Position numbers and translations under genes: made by a program. This document shows positions 29,247 through 38,548 of a stretch of DNA of 64,000 nt, piece after piece (positions within the stretch are counted from its first letter, which is position 1; each line of letters starts with the position of its first letter). The notes below the pieces were generated by a model. That model was not told the DNA's origin. It saw only the letters and a list, made by a program, of their open reading frames with translations, and searched no databases. The stretch is from a virus. Lineage: Duplodnaviria > Heunggongvirae > Uroviricota > Caudoviricetes. The DNA lies in IMG/VR virus record IMGVR_UViG_3300032007_000006, positions 121,360 to 185,359 of that record; one strand, 5' to 3'.

Positions 29247-30284
29247 TTATCCATTAATCCATTTTGAATGCTTGACTTTTGCAGTCAGGCCCTTCCAGGA
29301 ATTTTCAACAAAAAGACGCTCAATGTCAATAGGCTTCATGCCATCAATCACCATGTCGTTGACATCCATTCCTTCATATCTAGAATCCAGCAGAACTGTC
29401 CGCAGTCCCTTGCTTACGCATTTAGCAATTTCTCCTGCAACCTGCTTGTTCCGTCGTTCCTGATCATTGAAATAAATGCATTCCATTTCAGAACTTTGAA
29501 ACTTCCAGAGTGCGGCTTGCAGACGAGCAATGGAATTGTGAAGAAACAGCGAATCAATGCATCCTTCAACGACAAAAACAGGCTTTGTTTTGTCCAGTTT
29601 TCTTGGTACAAAGCAGAGTTCTCCAGAGGAACCATCTATTGTGCATGTCGAGAAGCGAAACTTTTTGTCTTTGGAATAAATGTCTCTAATCTGCCATCCA
29701 GCAAGATTGAGATTGAAGTCTCTTACAGGGAAGAGAATTCCCTTTTCAATAAGAGTTGACTTGTCGTACTTTGGTCCAATGACTGTTTTTACCAGCAGGG
29801 GAAAATTGTCTGTCCAAAGAACATGAGACATCATTTCCCTGTCAATTTTTCGACCTTCAAGATACTTGACGGCATCATGCTCCTTGTCAAGTTCAGAGCA
29901 TTTTCTGGTTAATGGATGGCAGAGAAACTTTTGCTCCATTGCAGATGGAGCTTCAATGTTTCTTGATTCCTTTCTTTTTGGCTTGAATGACAGATTTTTT
30001 TCGGCCTTGAAGGCTTCAAGACAGTATCTTCTATGCAGTTCTTCATCAATCGTCTTGAGAAACTTTTGAATTCCAAAAGATGCTCCACAGTTATGACAGT
30101 AAAAAGACCATCCCTTTTCTTCAGAATGGCGAATAAAATATCCTCTACGCTTAAAGGCGTTGGTGGCTGAATCGCCACATATGGGGCATTTGCAATTGTA
30201 GAGTCCATCTCTGACCTTTCTGAATCCTTCAAGAGACTTTCCTACTTCTTCAATGTATTGCTCCTGCATCCATGGAGATTCCAT
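29247..30284 (-). CDS. gp61: T4-like DNA primase
   Basis: Zn finger CPICGDS...CHNCG; TOPRIM VEGCIDS, FND, DVND. Confidence 0.93.
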   Translation of the reverse strand: MESPWMQEQYIEEVGKSLEGFRKVRDGLYNCKCPICGDSATNAFKRRGYFIRHSEEKGWSFYCHNCGASFGIQKFLKTIDEELHRRYCLEAFKAEKNLSFKPKRKESRNIEAPSAMEQKFLCHPLTRKCSELDKEHDAVKYLEGRKIDREMMSHVLWTDNFPLLVKTVIGPKYDKSTLIEKGILFPVRDFNLNLAGWQIRDIYSKDKKFRFSTCTIDGSSGELCFVPRKLDKTKPVFVVEGCIDSLFLHNSIARLQAALWKFQSSEMECIYFNDQERRNKQVAGEIAKCVSKGLRTVLLDSRYEGMDVNDMVIDGMKPIDIERLFVENSWKGLTAKVKHSKWING

Positions 30285-30328
30285 TGACAGCTCCTTCGCT
30301 TTAGCCGATAGTTTCTATTGATACAGAC

Positions 30329-30357
30329 AAGATAGCACAGATGCTTTCATATGTCAA
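30329..30357 (-). promoter_or_regulatory. Sigma70-type promoter for primase
   Basis: TTGACA-17-TATCTT with TG extension. Confidence 0.7.
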
Positions 30358-30358
30358 G

Positions 30359-30382
30359 AAAAAGGTGGCAGAAGCCACCTTT
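30359..30382 (-). terminator. Intrinsic terminator after gp26/gp51-like unit
   Basis: AAAAGGTGGC-loop-GCCACCTTTT. Confidence 0.8.
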
Positions 30383-30390
30383 TGATGAAA

Positions 30391-30615
30391 TTATCGGTGT
30401 CTGGACTTTTCCAGATTTTCCTTCAATTTTCTTTCCTCGTTGTCCATAACTATTAAGCCATATATGATTTCCAGTTCAAATGGATACATGTCATATATGT
30501 CGGAGAATGTAAAGCCTCTATACTGTTGAAGAAGAAAGCAGGTTTTATACAACGAAATCAGTGTGGATTCGCCATTTTTTCCTATGCGTTCCGCACCGTA
30601 GACGAGGTAAAAAAA
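30391..30615 (-). CDS. gp51-like/tail-chaperone-type C-terminal domain, probably reached by -1 frameshift from gp26
   Basis: SLYKTCFLLQQY...DIYDMYPFELEIIYGL resembles the small gene after gp26 in T4-like phages; no in-frame SD+start. Confidence 0.6.
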   Translation of the reverse strand, partial: FFYLVYGAERIGKNGESTLISLYKTCFLLQQYRGFTFSDIYDMYPFELEIIYGLIVMDNEERKLKENLEKSRHR

Positions 30616-31337
30616 TCCATTGCGTTCACTGCATGGAACGAACGCTTGTTGCCGCAAGTAGGACAAACAACGTCATAGTCGAGAACAACGCTTGGCATTT
30701 TTTCAACAAATTCAATGAATGTCTTGAGATATTCACCAGGAAGAGAGTTGAACCATTCATAGGCTTCTTCTTTTGTAAAGTCTGTAAACATTTCATCGCC
30801 CTGATAGATGGCCTTAATGCAGTCAACGTATACGTCAATGTAGTCCTCGCTTGTCAATTCATCTTTGGCCTGCAAGGGAGCAATGACTGCATATCTTGGA
30901 TATTGCAGTTCTACGCCAATTTCATCAGTAAGATGCACGATTTTTCCATTTTCAGACTCACCTTCAATTCTATAGTCTGAAATGTCAACTGTCATTGATA
31001 TTTTCGTTCCACATTCATGCTGATTGTCCTTTGGACCAACCATATTGCTGCAGACAAAGGCAAGATCCCGCGTTGAAGTTTTGCTCAAGGATAGAATTTC
31101 AATAAGCAGTATAACAATGTCACAGACACACAGGTCTTCAACCTTCGCTTCACTTTCCTTAAACGTGGTTTTCAACTCAATCAGCTTCATAAGACTGTTC
31201 TCAAGAATCATGTCTCCAAGATCTTTGGAAAGCAGAAGATTTTTCTCTTCCTTTACTGTAAAGGCCTGAACAGAAGCATGATATTTTGATACAGGAAGTT
31301 CAATTTCTTTAAGCAGTGGCAGTATTTTTGGCAGCAT
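30582..31337 (-). CDS. gp26: Baseplate hub protein (T4 gp26-like)
   Basis: MLPKI...FTVKEEKNLLL, CSN...EC, LQYP, CPTCG...FF pattern; SD AGGAGG. Confidence 0.8.
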   Translation of the reverse strand: MLPKILPLLKEIELPVSKYHASVQAFTVKEEKNLLLSKDLGDMILENSLMKLIELKTTFKESEAKVEDLCVCDIVILLIEILSLSKTSTRDLAFVCSNMVGPKDNQHECGTKISMTVDISDYRIEGESENGKIVHLTDEIGVELQYPRYAVIAPLQAKDELTSEDYIDVYVDCIKAIYQGDEMFTDFTKEEAYEWFNSLPGEYLKTFIEFVEKMPSVVLDYDVVCPTCGNKRSFHAVNAMDFFTSSTVRNA

Positions 31338-31389
31338 TGCTGTTTCCTCCTTTTATTCAGAATAAATCTTATTCTACTTATAATATATC

Positions 31390-32145
31390 TTATGAACGTG
31401 CTAGTTTTCTTAGATGCGCTCCCATTCCTCTTTTTTCAGCCTTTTCCATTGCCTCTTTCTTTTCGTTAATTCCACCACCAGTGGGAACTCCAGCATCTTT
31501 TGAACTTTGTCTTAAAATTTGCATTTTTTCTGATGAAATGGTTCTAGTATCGGCCATATTCATGTAATTGTTTTCAATTGCTCCACCCGTCAACCAGTCT
31601 TCGGTTTTCAAGTCAAAACCAAAGTAGTTTAATGAAATAGAAAATGTTTGTGGAGCTGTTGCTGGCTCATAACTGTAGGATATGCCATTTATTTGAAAAA
31701 TTGTGCAGTCATAAAAAATAAAAGTCTGTGCTATATTTCCATTTGTAGAATATTGAATAATTTCAAGATCACTTTTTACATCATCAAAATATCCATACGT
31801 TCTTGTTTTTTGATTATAGGTTTCACGCAGCCACAGTTCCATGACATATAGTTCTGGACCAGTGTTGTATAGCGTTAATTCAAGATTGTTCTGTTCAAAT
31901 CCATTGGGAACATTCATGTTTGTGCCACCCATATAGATTTTTTCATTGTCTATTGTCCAGTTTGGAATTGTTACTTGGGATACCATGTATTGAACATATC
32001 TTGAATATTGATTCCAAAATTTTCCTCCTCCAAAAGTAGCAGTATATCTGTTGTTGAGAAGAATATGCTGCATTCTTTTCTTGAAGGCCATAATTGATTT
32101 GATGCCTTCTCTTGTATCTCTTTCAAGATGAGTTATATTGCTCAT
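31390..32145 (-). CDS. Tail-tube-family protein (gp54/gp19-like baseplate-tube junction)
   Basis: NRY, QVTIP, LTLY, IIQYSTNG, F(Y)DC, ISYSYE, FSISLNY pattern. Confidence 0.7.
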   Translation of the reverse strand: MSNITHLERDTREGIKSIMAFKKRMQHILLNNRYTATFGGGKFWNQYSRYVQYMVSQVTIPNWTIDNEKIYMGGTNMNVPNGFEQNNLELTLYNTGPELYVMELWLRETYNQKTRTYGYFDDVKSDLEIIQYSTNGNIAQTFIFYDCTIFQINGISYSYEPATAPQTFSISLNYFGFDLKTEDWLTGGAIENNYMNMADTRTISSEKMQILRQSSKDAGVPTGGGINEKKEAMEKAEKRGMGAHLRKLARS

Positions 32146-32915
32146 TTTCTTTTCCTTCCGTATCTTTTTCCAGTTGAAGCTTTTGAATTTTTTGCCGTTG
32201 CTGATTCTCTAACTGGAGTTCCTCTTCTTGGTTTTGGTGGAGTAGAAGATTTTTTTGCTGTCTTATGCGCTTTCATATGTCTTTTGGCTGCGGCTTTAGC
32301 CTTTTTCAATGTATCCCTTCTTAATTTCCATTTTGCTCCACGCACAATGGCAAGCATGGATTCTCTCCAAACTCTTTGAAGACCAGCTTTCATGAACGTT
32401 TGGTCTTTTACCCCATTAAAATGCTCTGGAAGCAAACCAGGTATAGTAAGAAATTGCATATTTCTAACATGATCAAATCTATATCTATGAACGCATGGTC
32501 GTGCAATGCGTTTAATAAGACGAGAAGTAGCTTCCTGAAATTCCTTCATTAGAAATCTATTTGGTCCTTCTAGATAGATGTGCATAATTCCACGAAGGAA
32601 GAGCGTTCTATAGTGTGGATCGATATAATGAAGATTAAATCCATCAAAATATCCCTTTTTTACATTGGCTTTAATGATTAAGGCCATTGGATATCTGTCG
32701 TAGTATGGAAGCACCTTGGCAAATTTGGCCGTATACATGAATGACAGCACTCGTCCCCAGGCCGCACGATGCGTTCTTTTTCCTTTTTTTAAATCCTTTA
32801 TGAACTTTGCAATCTGCTTGTATAAAGTGCCTTGAGGATGTTCTATTCTTGAAGCGGCCTGCCTCATGTGTAGAATATGATGGGTATAGCTTATCATCTC
32901 TTGTCCTTCTTGCAA
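32142..32915 (-). CDS. gp2: DNA end protector protein
   Basis: FMYTAK...LPYYDRYP...GFNLHYI matches T4 gp2; Lys/Arg-rich tail. Confidence 0.8.
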   Translation of the reverse strand: MQEGQEMISYTHHILHMRQAASRIEHPQGTLYKQIAKFIKDLKKGKRTHRAAWGRVLSFMYTAKFAKVLPYYDRYPMALIIKANVKKGYFDGFNLHYIDPHYRTLFLRGIMHIYLEGPNRFLMKEFQEATSRLIKRIARPCVHRYRFDHVRNMQFLTIPGLLPEHFNGVKDQTFMKAGLQRVWRESMLAIVRGAKWKLRRDTLKKAKAAAKRHMKAHKTAKKSSTPPKPRRGTPVRESATAKNSKASTGKRYGRKRK

Positions 32916-33373
32916 AGTTCATTTTCAGTCAAGACAATAAACTTGAATCCATGACTTTCGCACCAGGCCTTGGCATGCTTCCATTTGGCCTGATTCACTT
33001 CATACGTTTGAAGTCTTTTAAGATATGCTTCATTGAGGCTCTTTCTTTTTGGTGGCTTTGGCGGAACGCATTCGTTCCGTGGCTTTATTTCAACTGCATA
33101 TTTTTGAACTCCATTTGGAGTAGCCATCCACACTACGAAATCAACAAAGTACCGATGCGTTTGTCCATCTATAGGCGACTGATATGGAATGACAAGTTCT
33201 TCTGAAGACCATCTTACAACCTGATTTGTCATGTCACACCAGTGAAGGAAACTTCTTTCCCAGGAGCTTCTGTATACTATGTTTGATGGATTTCCTATGT
33301 ACTTTGCTGGATTTCTTGGAGCAAATCGTCCCTGAACCCAAGGAACCTTCCTTTTCAGTACAGGCTTCGGCAT
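32894..33373 (-). CDS. gp4: Head completion protein (TnsA-like nuclease fold)
   Basis: QGRFAPRNPAKYIG...YRSSWE...WSSEE...RYFVDF...EIKP. Confidence 0.92.
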   Translation of the reverse strand: MPKPVLKRKVPWVQGRFAPRNPAKYIGNPSNIVYRSSWERSFLHWCDMTNQVVRWSSEELVIPYQSPIDGQTHRYFVDFVVWMATPNGVQKYAVEIKPRNECVPPKPPKRKSLNEAYLKRLQTYEVNQAKWKHAKAWCESHGFKFIVLTENELCKKDKR

Positions 33374-33395
33374 TAAATGAGAATGGATATAAAAA

Positions 33396-33403
33396 TATTT
33401 ACA
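33396..33403 (-). promoter_or_regulatory. Late promoter-like TGTAAATA
   Basis: 22 nt upstream of gp4. Confidence 0.65.
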
Positions 33404-33426
33404 TTTTGAACTTCTGTGGAGAATGG

Positions 33427-34209
33427 ATGGACTGTCTTAAGGAAAGAACCCCGTGGGAGCAGAGGGGAGGATTCTGGCTGAAGCGGGACGACTTGTGGAG
33501 CATGTCTTCAGACAGGCCTCCAGCAGGTTCAAATGCCAGAAGAATCGCCATAGCGTTGAATGCTTTCAGAAATGAGATAATGGAAGAGCATTCTGGCTGC
33601 GTATGGATAAAGCCAAAAACACCCAAAGACATACTGGACGTTGGCATTGCATCAAAAATTGCAGAAGTGAAGGCAATGGCAGTCTTGACTAAAAGCCAGT
33701 TTGAGAGAAAGGCTTTCAAAAATGCTCTTGGAGAATCTGGAGTTCAGCCAGTGCAGACTACTGGCAAGGCTATGGATGCCTGGCAGGCCATTAGGGAATC
33801 CTGGAAGCTGCATGTAGTTGACTCAATGCGGCAGGCAGAAAATGCACCAGAAATAGACATTCTCATTGTTCCCTGCGGCAATGGCATTCTTGCTTCTGGA
33901 GCAATACTGGCCATAGAAAATGGAGCAAGAATAGGAAAAGTCATCGCGGTGCAGACGGACGGGTTGAATGGCAAGGCCGCCATTCAACGCATTATAGGAG
34001 AGCAGGACATAGACCGGATAGGAGAGACAAGATGCCTTCCAGAATGGAGGGTTGAGCTTTGCCGAGAGTGGAGAAAAACAAAGAAGGTTCAGAAGGACAT
34101 TGATGGAATCCCTCTGAACCCTCTTAGGGAGGCCAAGGTTCTCGTCTATGCCGAGAAATGGCTTAAAGATGAAATGAAAGGAAGAAAAGTCGGACTATGG
34201 CTGTGCTAG
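33427..34209 (+). CDS. PLP-dependent (TrpB/ACC-deaminase fold) enzyme-like protein, divergent
   Basis: TPW...WLKRDDL, IDILIVPCGNG, VIAV, LNPLREAK; start re-set to ATG 33427 after GGAG. Confidence 0.6.
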   Translation: MDCLKERTPWEQRGGFWLKRDDLWSMSSDRPPAGSNARRIAIALNAFRNEIMEEHSGCVWIKPKTPKDILDVGIASKIAEVKAMAVLTKSQFERKAFKNALGESGVQPVQTTGKAMDAWQAIRESWKLHVVDSMRQAENAPEIDILIVPCGNGILASGAILAIENGARIGKVIAVQTDGLNGKAAIQRIIGEQDIDRIGETRCLPEWRVELCREWRKTKKVQKDIDGIPLNPLREAKVLVYAEKWLKDEMKGRKVGLWLC

Positions 34210-35498
34210 CATCCACCAAAGAACATCCATTCTGGAACATAAATGGTGTCCATTACTTTGTCCGATAAATCTCCATTTTTCTTGGAAAATACTCTGGAAC
34301 GAGTTACGACACAGTAGTATATTCCATGGTAGCTGTCGCCGTCACACAGAACGCTGTCGCTTGTCCTCTTTCTGATGAAAAACCACGGTTCACGATCAGT
34401 TCCTATCACGTCATCATCAGAAAGAATTAATTCCTGAACCTTTATCGTGATTCTGTAGCAGTTTGGAAGATCTTCATAGACAATGTTCTTTTCATCTTCT
34501 GGAGAGAACTCATGAACAATGACGGCGCTGCACTTTGTGTCGCCATCCCTTCCAAACACCATTCGAGAAATGAATTCTTTGGGAACAGGCATGGCAATTC
34601 CTTTTATTCCACCAGCAAATGTCGCTTGCCAGTACGTCACATTCTTGCGTTTTTTCTTGATTTGGTTATTGGAAACGACATTAAACAATTCCGGATTCAT
34701 TATGAGGTAATTGAAGAAATACCTCAAGTGTGGATTTGTCATGTAGTCGGCTTTCTGTCCATTCCATTCCTGTGCAATAGGAAGTTTCAAGGAAAGACAC
34801 GCTTGGCGTCTACCACTCAAATCCAGACGAATATCGGCAAGATCCCATGCCTTTCCTGTTCCAACATGAAAGAAGCCTTCCAAGCCATCGTATTCAATTT
34901 CATTGGTTCCATTCATTTCCGAAACCCGAATGTGAATTGGCTTGTCCTTTATAGGAAAATGATCCATGGCCTTCTTTAAAAGCTTGCAGCAATTTTCTTC
35001 GTTTTCAAAACCTTTTCTGGCCCATTCCTTCTTGGTCATCTTGACAGGGGGATTAACTGCAACCAGTCTGGTTTCTGCAATCTCTTTTGCTTGATCTATG
35101 ACGTTCGTCAGCCTGAATCGGACGCATTTACTAAAATCTTCAAAGAAAATCCTGATGTTTCCAATTGTGCATTTGTCTACATCAACGTCAATCTTCTTGG
35201 CCTTTAAAGCTTTGGCCAGTTTCTTCATTAGTTCTTTGCGTTTAAAATCATTGATGATGCCAGGTCCTGGAAAATTTATGTAGAGTTTTTTCCCAGCCCC
35301 TCTGGAAAAGAATGACGTGTAAGTCTTTCCATTGTATTCATTGCAAACATTAGTATCTGCGATTGATTTGACTGTACGAAGCATCTCATCACTTGCATGG
35401 CCATTGGCCTGTTTGGACTGATAAACATAATGTCCATTTTCTCCAGAAACGTAGTATTTCGCATTCACGGTTTTAACGGAAAAATAAGTGCTGCCCAT
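34206..35498 (-). CDS. Putative PD-(D/E)XK restriction-endonuclease-like nuclease
   Basis: GFENE...ADI...SLK spacing in C-terminal half. Confidence 0.4.
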   Translation of the reverse strand: MGSTYFSVKTVNAKYYVSGENGHYVYQSKQANGHASDEMLRTVKSIADTNVCNEYNGKTYTSFFSRGAGKKLYINFPGPGIINDFKRKELMKKLAKALKAKKIDVDVDKCTIGNIRIFFEDFSKCVRFRLTNVIDQAKEIAETRLVAVNPPVKMTKKEWARKGFENEENCCKLLKKAMDHFPIKDKPIHIRVSEMNGTNEIEYDGLEGFFHVGTGKAWDLADIRLDLSGRRQACLSLKLPIAQEWNGQKADYMTNPHLRYFFNYLIMNPELFNVVSNNQIKKKRKNVTYWQATFAGGIKGIAMPVPKEFISRMVFGRDGDTKCSAVIVHEFSPEDEKNIVYEDLPNCYRITIKVQELILSDDDVIGTDREPWFFIRKRTSDSVLCDGDSYHGIYYCVVTRSRVFSKKNGDLSDKVMDTIYVPEWMFFGGC

Positions 35499-35680
35499 TG
35501 AAAATCCTTATGGTTGAATATGAATGATGGACCCAAGTCCCTTTTTGACCTCTGCCAGGCTCGCAATGAGCCATTTCCTCAAACACCTTTATTGTTTCAC
35601 AGGAGGAAGAAAATGTCAAGAGATTTTCGGAAGGGTTTTCCTTAGAGGAGCAACCCTCTCTAAACGCTCTCAACAAGATA

Positions 35681-35710
35681 CTTATACACTAGGGACGCAA
35701 AAAATGTCAA
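35681..35710 (-). promoter_or_regulatory. Sigma70-type promoter
   Basis: TTGACA-18-TATAAG; a second TTGACA near 35614. Confidence 0.5.
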
Positions 35711-35749
35711 GTTTTTTATAAAAAATATATCTGCTTTATTTTCAATAAG

Positions 35750-36583
35750 TTAGTTCGCAAAAAATGGAAGGGGAGGTTCTCTGAACTTTTGCTCGTGCTC
35801 TTCCTCCAGCTCCTTCCTCTGTTCGGCATACCGCTGTCTGATTTCTTCTCCGTTGATGGTAAGGCCACCGGCGGAGGGCACGTTGCCGAATTTGGACAAG
35901 TTGACGCCCCACTGCTCTCCAATCAGCACTGGTACATACTTCTTCATGAAGTCTGAGTCCCAGATGCAGTCATCCTTCTCTGGATCAAGCATTTTTGTTC
36001 CATACAGGGCAACAAACTCTCCTTCATGATATGGACGGCTTAAAAACCACAGCTTTCTTTGTCTTCTTCTATAGGCATACTCAACTTTTGCAGTCATCAA
36101 CGTCTGAAGCATCTGAATGTACTGCATTGACACTTCATAATAGAACATTGTCTGCCCACCAGAGAACATGTTGCCATAATACCAGTAGTTGTTGAACCAT
36201 TGCCACTGAGGATTGTCCATGTAGCCAAAGTTGACAAGGCTTGAAGAATAGACCTTTCCATCGCCATCAGACTGAAAAGCGGAACCAGTTCCATTGACAA
36301 GCACTTCCATCACGTCCAAAACATCCATCGGAATTGTAAGATAGCCATTCTGCACGTCTTCCTTAGTGCATTGATGGATCCACCACTGATTGCAGACCGA
36401 TTCTAGATCGTATTCAAGCATGTATTGAATTCCGTCCGAAACCCTGTCCTGAATCTGCTCTGGAGTGACTTCAACATTGACTACAGGCGCTCCAAGCCTT
36501 CTGAGACAGTAGTCTACAAAATCTTCGTAGCAGGTTATTCTGTTGTAGTGCTTGTACTTCTTTTCTGCAGGCTTTCTGGCCAT
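35750..36583 (-). CDS. gp13: Neck protein
   Basis: DYCLRRLGAPVVNVEVTPEQI...WGVNLSKF...GGLTING. Confidence 0.93.
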   Translation of the reverse strand: MARKPAEKKYKHYNRITCYEDFVDYCLRRLGAPVVNVEVTPEQIQDRVSDGIQYMLEYDLESVCNQWWIHQCTKEDVQNGYLTIPMDVLDVMEVLVNGTGSAFQSDGDGKVYSSSLVNFGYMDNPQWQWFNNYWYYGNMFSGGQTMFYYEVSMQYIQMLQTLMTAKVEYAYRRRQRKLWFLSRPYHEGEFVALYGTKMLDPEKDDCIWDSDFMKKYVPVLIGEQWGVNLSKFGNVPSAGGLTINGEEIRQRYAEQRKELEEEHEQKFREPPLPFFAN

Positions 36584-36606
36584 GATTTTTGTCTATGCCA
36601 ACTGAA

Positions 36607-36614
36607 TATTTACA
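36607..36614 (-). promoter_or_regulatory. Late promoter-like TGTAAATA
   Basis: 23 nt upstream of gp13. Confidence 0.65.
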
Positions 36615-36620
36615 ATCAAA

Positions 36621-36643
36621 AAGAGGCGGTCAGTCCGCCTCTT
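36621..36643 (-). terminator. Intrinsic terminator
   Basis: AAGAGGCGG-5-CCGCCTCTT followed by T-run on minus strand. Confidence 0.8.
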
Positions 36644-36653
36644 CAACTTTCTT

Positions 36654-37205
36654 CTACAGCCTGTCTGCTATTGGCGCCAGCAGAACGCCTAGCTTTTGAC
36701 TTAATTCGTCGATTTGTGCATCATGATCTGTAAAGAGCCCAGATTGTGGCTGATAGGTGCGGACTTCATCATAAGTCTTTCCAAGAAGCTTTGCGAGAAG
36801 CTTGAGAATCTTTTTTACCACCTTTGGATTGTCCGTTCCGATGGCATCATATGGACTGATGGCCAAGTCAAGAGCCTTTGCAAGGTCGGCAAATGTCAAA
36901 TTCTGGTTGATGAGACGTCCATATGGATCAGTAGGCCATCTGCTGGAATACAGATTCCATACTGGCGTAGTCCACCATGTGGTGTTGAGAGGAGTTAGAA
37001 AGGAAAGACCATATCCTGGGACAATTGGTGGAGCAATGACTGCTGGTCGAGGCCGAGGCATTGCAGATCCAAAACCAAAACCAAGGCCTCCAGCAGGACC
37101 ACCATGAGGCATTGAAGCAGGACCATGATGTCCACCCATTGGTCCGTGGGGTCCTGGTCCATGTCCAGGACCATCTTCTTTGAGATATTCTAAAAAGGAT
37201 TTCAT
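36654..37205 (-). CDS. Putative internal head protein with Gly/Pro/His-rich segment
   Basis: N-terminus MKSFLEYLKE resembles the T4 capsid-targeting sequence. Confidence 0.5.
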   Translation of the reverse strand: MKSFLEYLKEDGPGHGPGPHGPMGGHHGPASMPHGGPAGGLGFGFGSAMPRPRPAVIAPPIVPGYGLSFLTPLNTTWWTTPVWNLYSSRWPTDPYGRLINQNLTFADLAKALDLAISPYDAIGTDNPKVVKKILKLLAKLLGKTYDEVRTYQPQSGLFTDHDAQIDELSQKLGVLLAPIADRL

Positions 37206-37263
37206 TTGCTTTTCTAGATTTATAAAACTATTTGATCGGTTTAAGACTAAGGTTTTTAAATTA

Positions 37264-37289
37264 GCTGGGATTCGCTAGCGAATCCCAGC
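37264..37289. repeat. Perfect 26-bp palindrome
   Basis: GCTGGGATTCGCTAGCGAATCCCAGC. Confidence 0.9.
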
Positions 37290-37296
37290 CCATAAG

Positions 37297-37905
37297 TCAA
37301 TGATGCACTAGATCTTTAGATGACAGGTGCTTTAAATGCGCCCAGGCCTGGCTTTCGGTCAAAGAATTCTTTGGTTCGAAATTCTTGTAGAAGTAGTATG
37401 GAATTACTACGTTGGAATTATTGTCAAGAATATACAGCATATTCTCAATTTTAACTGCAAGAACTGCATGTCCAACTCCATCTTTGATTCCGATAACAAG
37501 ACGCATGGGACAGTCAACTCCAAGTTCCTTCAAAGTCAGCATCTTTGCAATGGCATAGTCTTCGCAGTCTCCGCCTTTGTAGCAGAATTCAAGAGGTGTG
37601 GCCCATTTGTCTTTCATGCCCCAGTTTCTTGTGTCATCTTTCCATGGTCTCCTGTTCCATAGATTGTTGACTGCTTCAATCTTCTTCATCAATGGCTTGT
37701 CCTTTGTCTCATCCCTGAATTTCTCCCATGTCAGGCCTCCAAGAGCGACAATTGCACCATCTTTTTTGAATAGATTGTGCTTTCGATGCCTCTCAAGCAT
37801 TTCCGTCCATTGAGGATAAAAGTCAAGAGGAATGCCGAATGCAACTGTGCCAAACATTCTATCCATAATGGCCATTAAAAAGACCATCCATAACAGATGG
37901 CCCAT
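37297..37905 (-). CDS. Transglutaminase-like cysteine protease (BTLCP/LapG, peptidase C93)
   Basis: WATPLEF..KGGDCEDYAIAK, GHAVL, YILDN (Cys-His-Asp triad). Confidence 0.88.
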   Translation of the reverse strand: MGHLLWMVFLMAIMDRMFGTVAFGIPLDFYPQWTEMLERHRKHNLFKKDGAIVALGGLTWEKFRDETKDKPLMKKIEAVNNLWNRRPWKDDTRNWGMKDKWATPLEFCYKGGDCEDYAIAKMLTLKELGVDCPMRLVIGIKDGVGHAVLAVKIENMLYILDNNSNVVIPYYFYKNFEPKNSLTESQAWAHLKHLSSKDLVHH

Positions 37906-37942
37906 TTACTAATATTTGATTAATATTTCAATTTTTACAACA

Positions 37943-38338
37943 CTATGTTTTAGGAACAATTTTCAGCATTCTTCCACTATAAACTTCGATGCTTGATCCT
38001 GATCCAGGCTTTGATCTTAGAATAACGCTCCATGGATAGATCGTATCATAATCAAGTCTGTTGAATACGCCATCAACCCAGCCATCGGTGCAGTGCCATA
38101 CTTGAACGCGGTCTCCCCATCGCAGGGATTCGATGTCCTTTGGTTCGTCTGTCGTTCCAAGCAGTTCTTCATTCAAATGGTATGGAATGCAGTCAAGCCA
38201 CCATGTACCAGTGCAAAGATGCTTTTTCTTTCCATTGGACTCATAAGTGCGTTCAAAAGATGCGGCCTTCCATTTCAAATCGCTGATTTTTGTTTCTGGA
38301 CGACGGACCAGAACAAGTTCGTTTTCATCAAATGTCAT
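37943..38338 (-). CDS. Hypothetical protein (CIPYxxNEELLGT family)
   Basis: SD AAGGAGG; paralogous to the C-half of 38940..39803. Confidence 0.7.
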   Translation of the reverse strand: MTFDENELVLVRRPETKISDLKWKAASFERTYESNGKKKHLCTGTWWLDCIPYHLNEELLGTTDEPKDIESLRWGDRVQVWHCTDGWVDGVFNRLDYDTIYPWSVILRSKPGSGSSIEVYSGRMLKIVPKT

Positions 38339-38353
38339 CTGTATATCCTCCTT

Positions 38354-38548
38354 CTAGCAGGCCACCTTTCTGATGTTTTCTGTATAGACCAGAATGCGTC
38401 TTCTGGAATCATCATTGAGAATGACGGAATGCAGAAGAACTGGCTCATCATCAATGTTCAGCTTGCATTCATAGCTGGCCTGTCTCCAGTATTCATATCC
38501 ATTTGCATCAAATGTGCGTATTTCAACTAGGTCATTTTGCTTGAACAC
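38354..38548 (-). CDS. Small hypothetical protein
   Basis: GTG start after GGAGG, overlapping the upstream stop. Confidence 0.55.
   Translation of the reverse strand: MFKQNDLVEIRTFDANGYEYWRQASYECKLNIDDEPVLLHSVILNDDSRRRILVYTENIRKVAC

Noticed and set aside
33226-33426. 5' extension of the PLP-like ORF
   Set aside because: Overlaps gp4 antisense and its promoter; the SD supports 33427.
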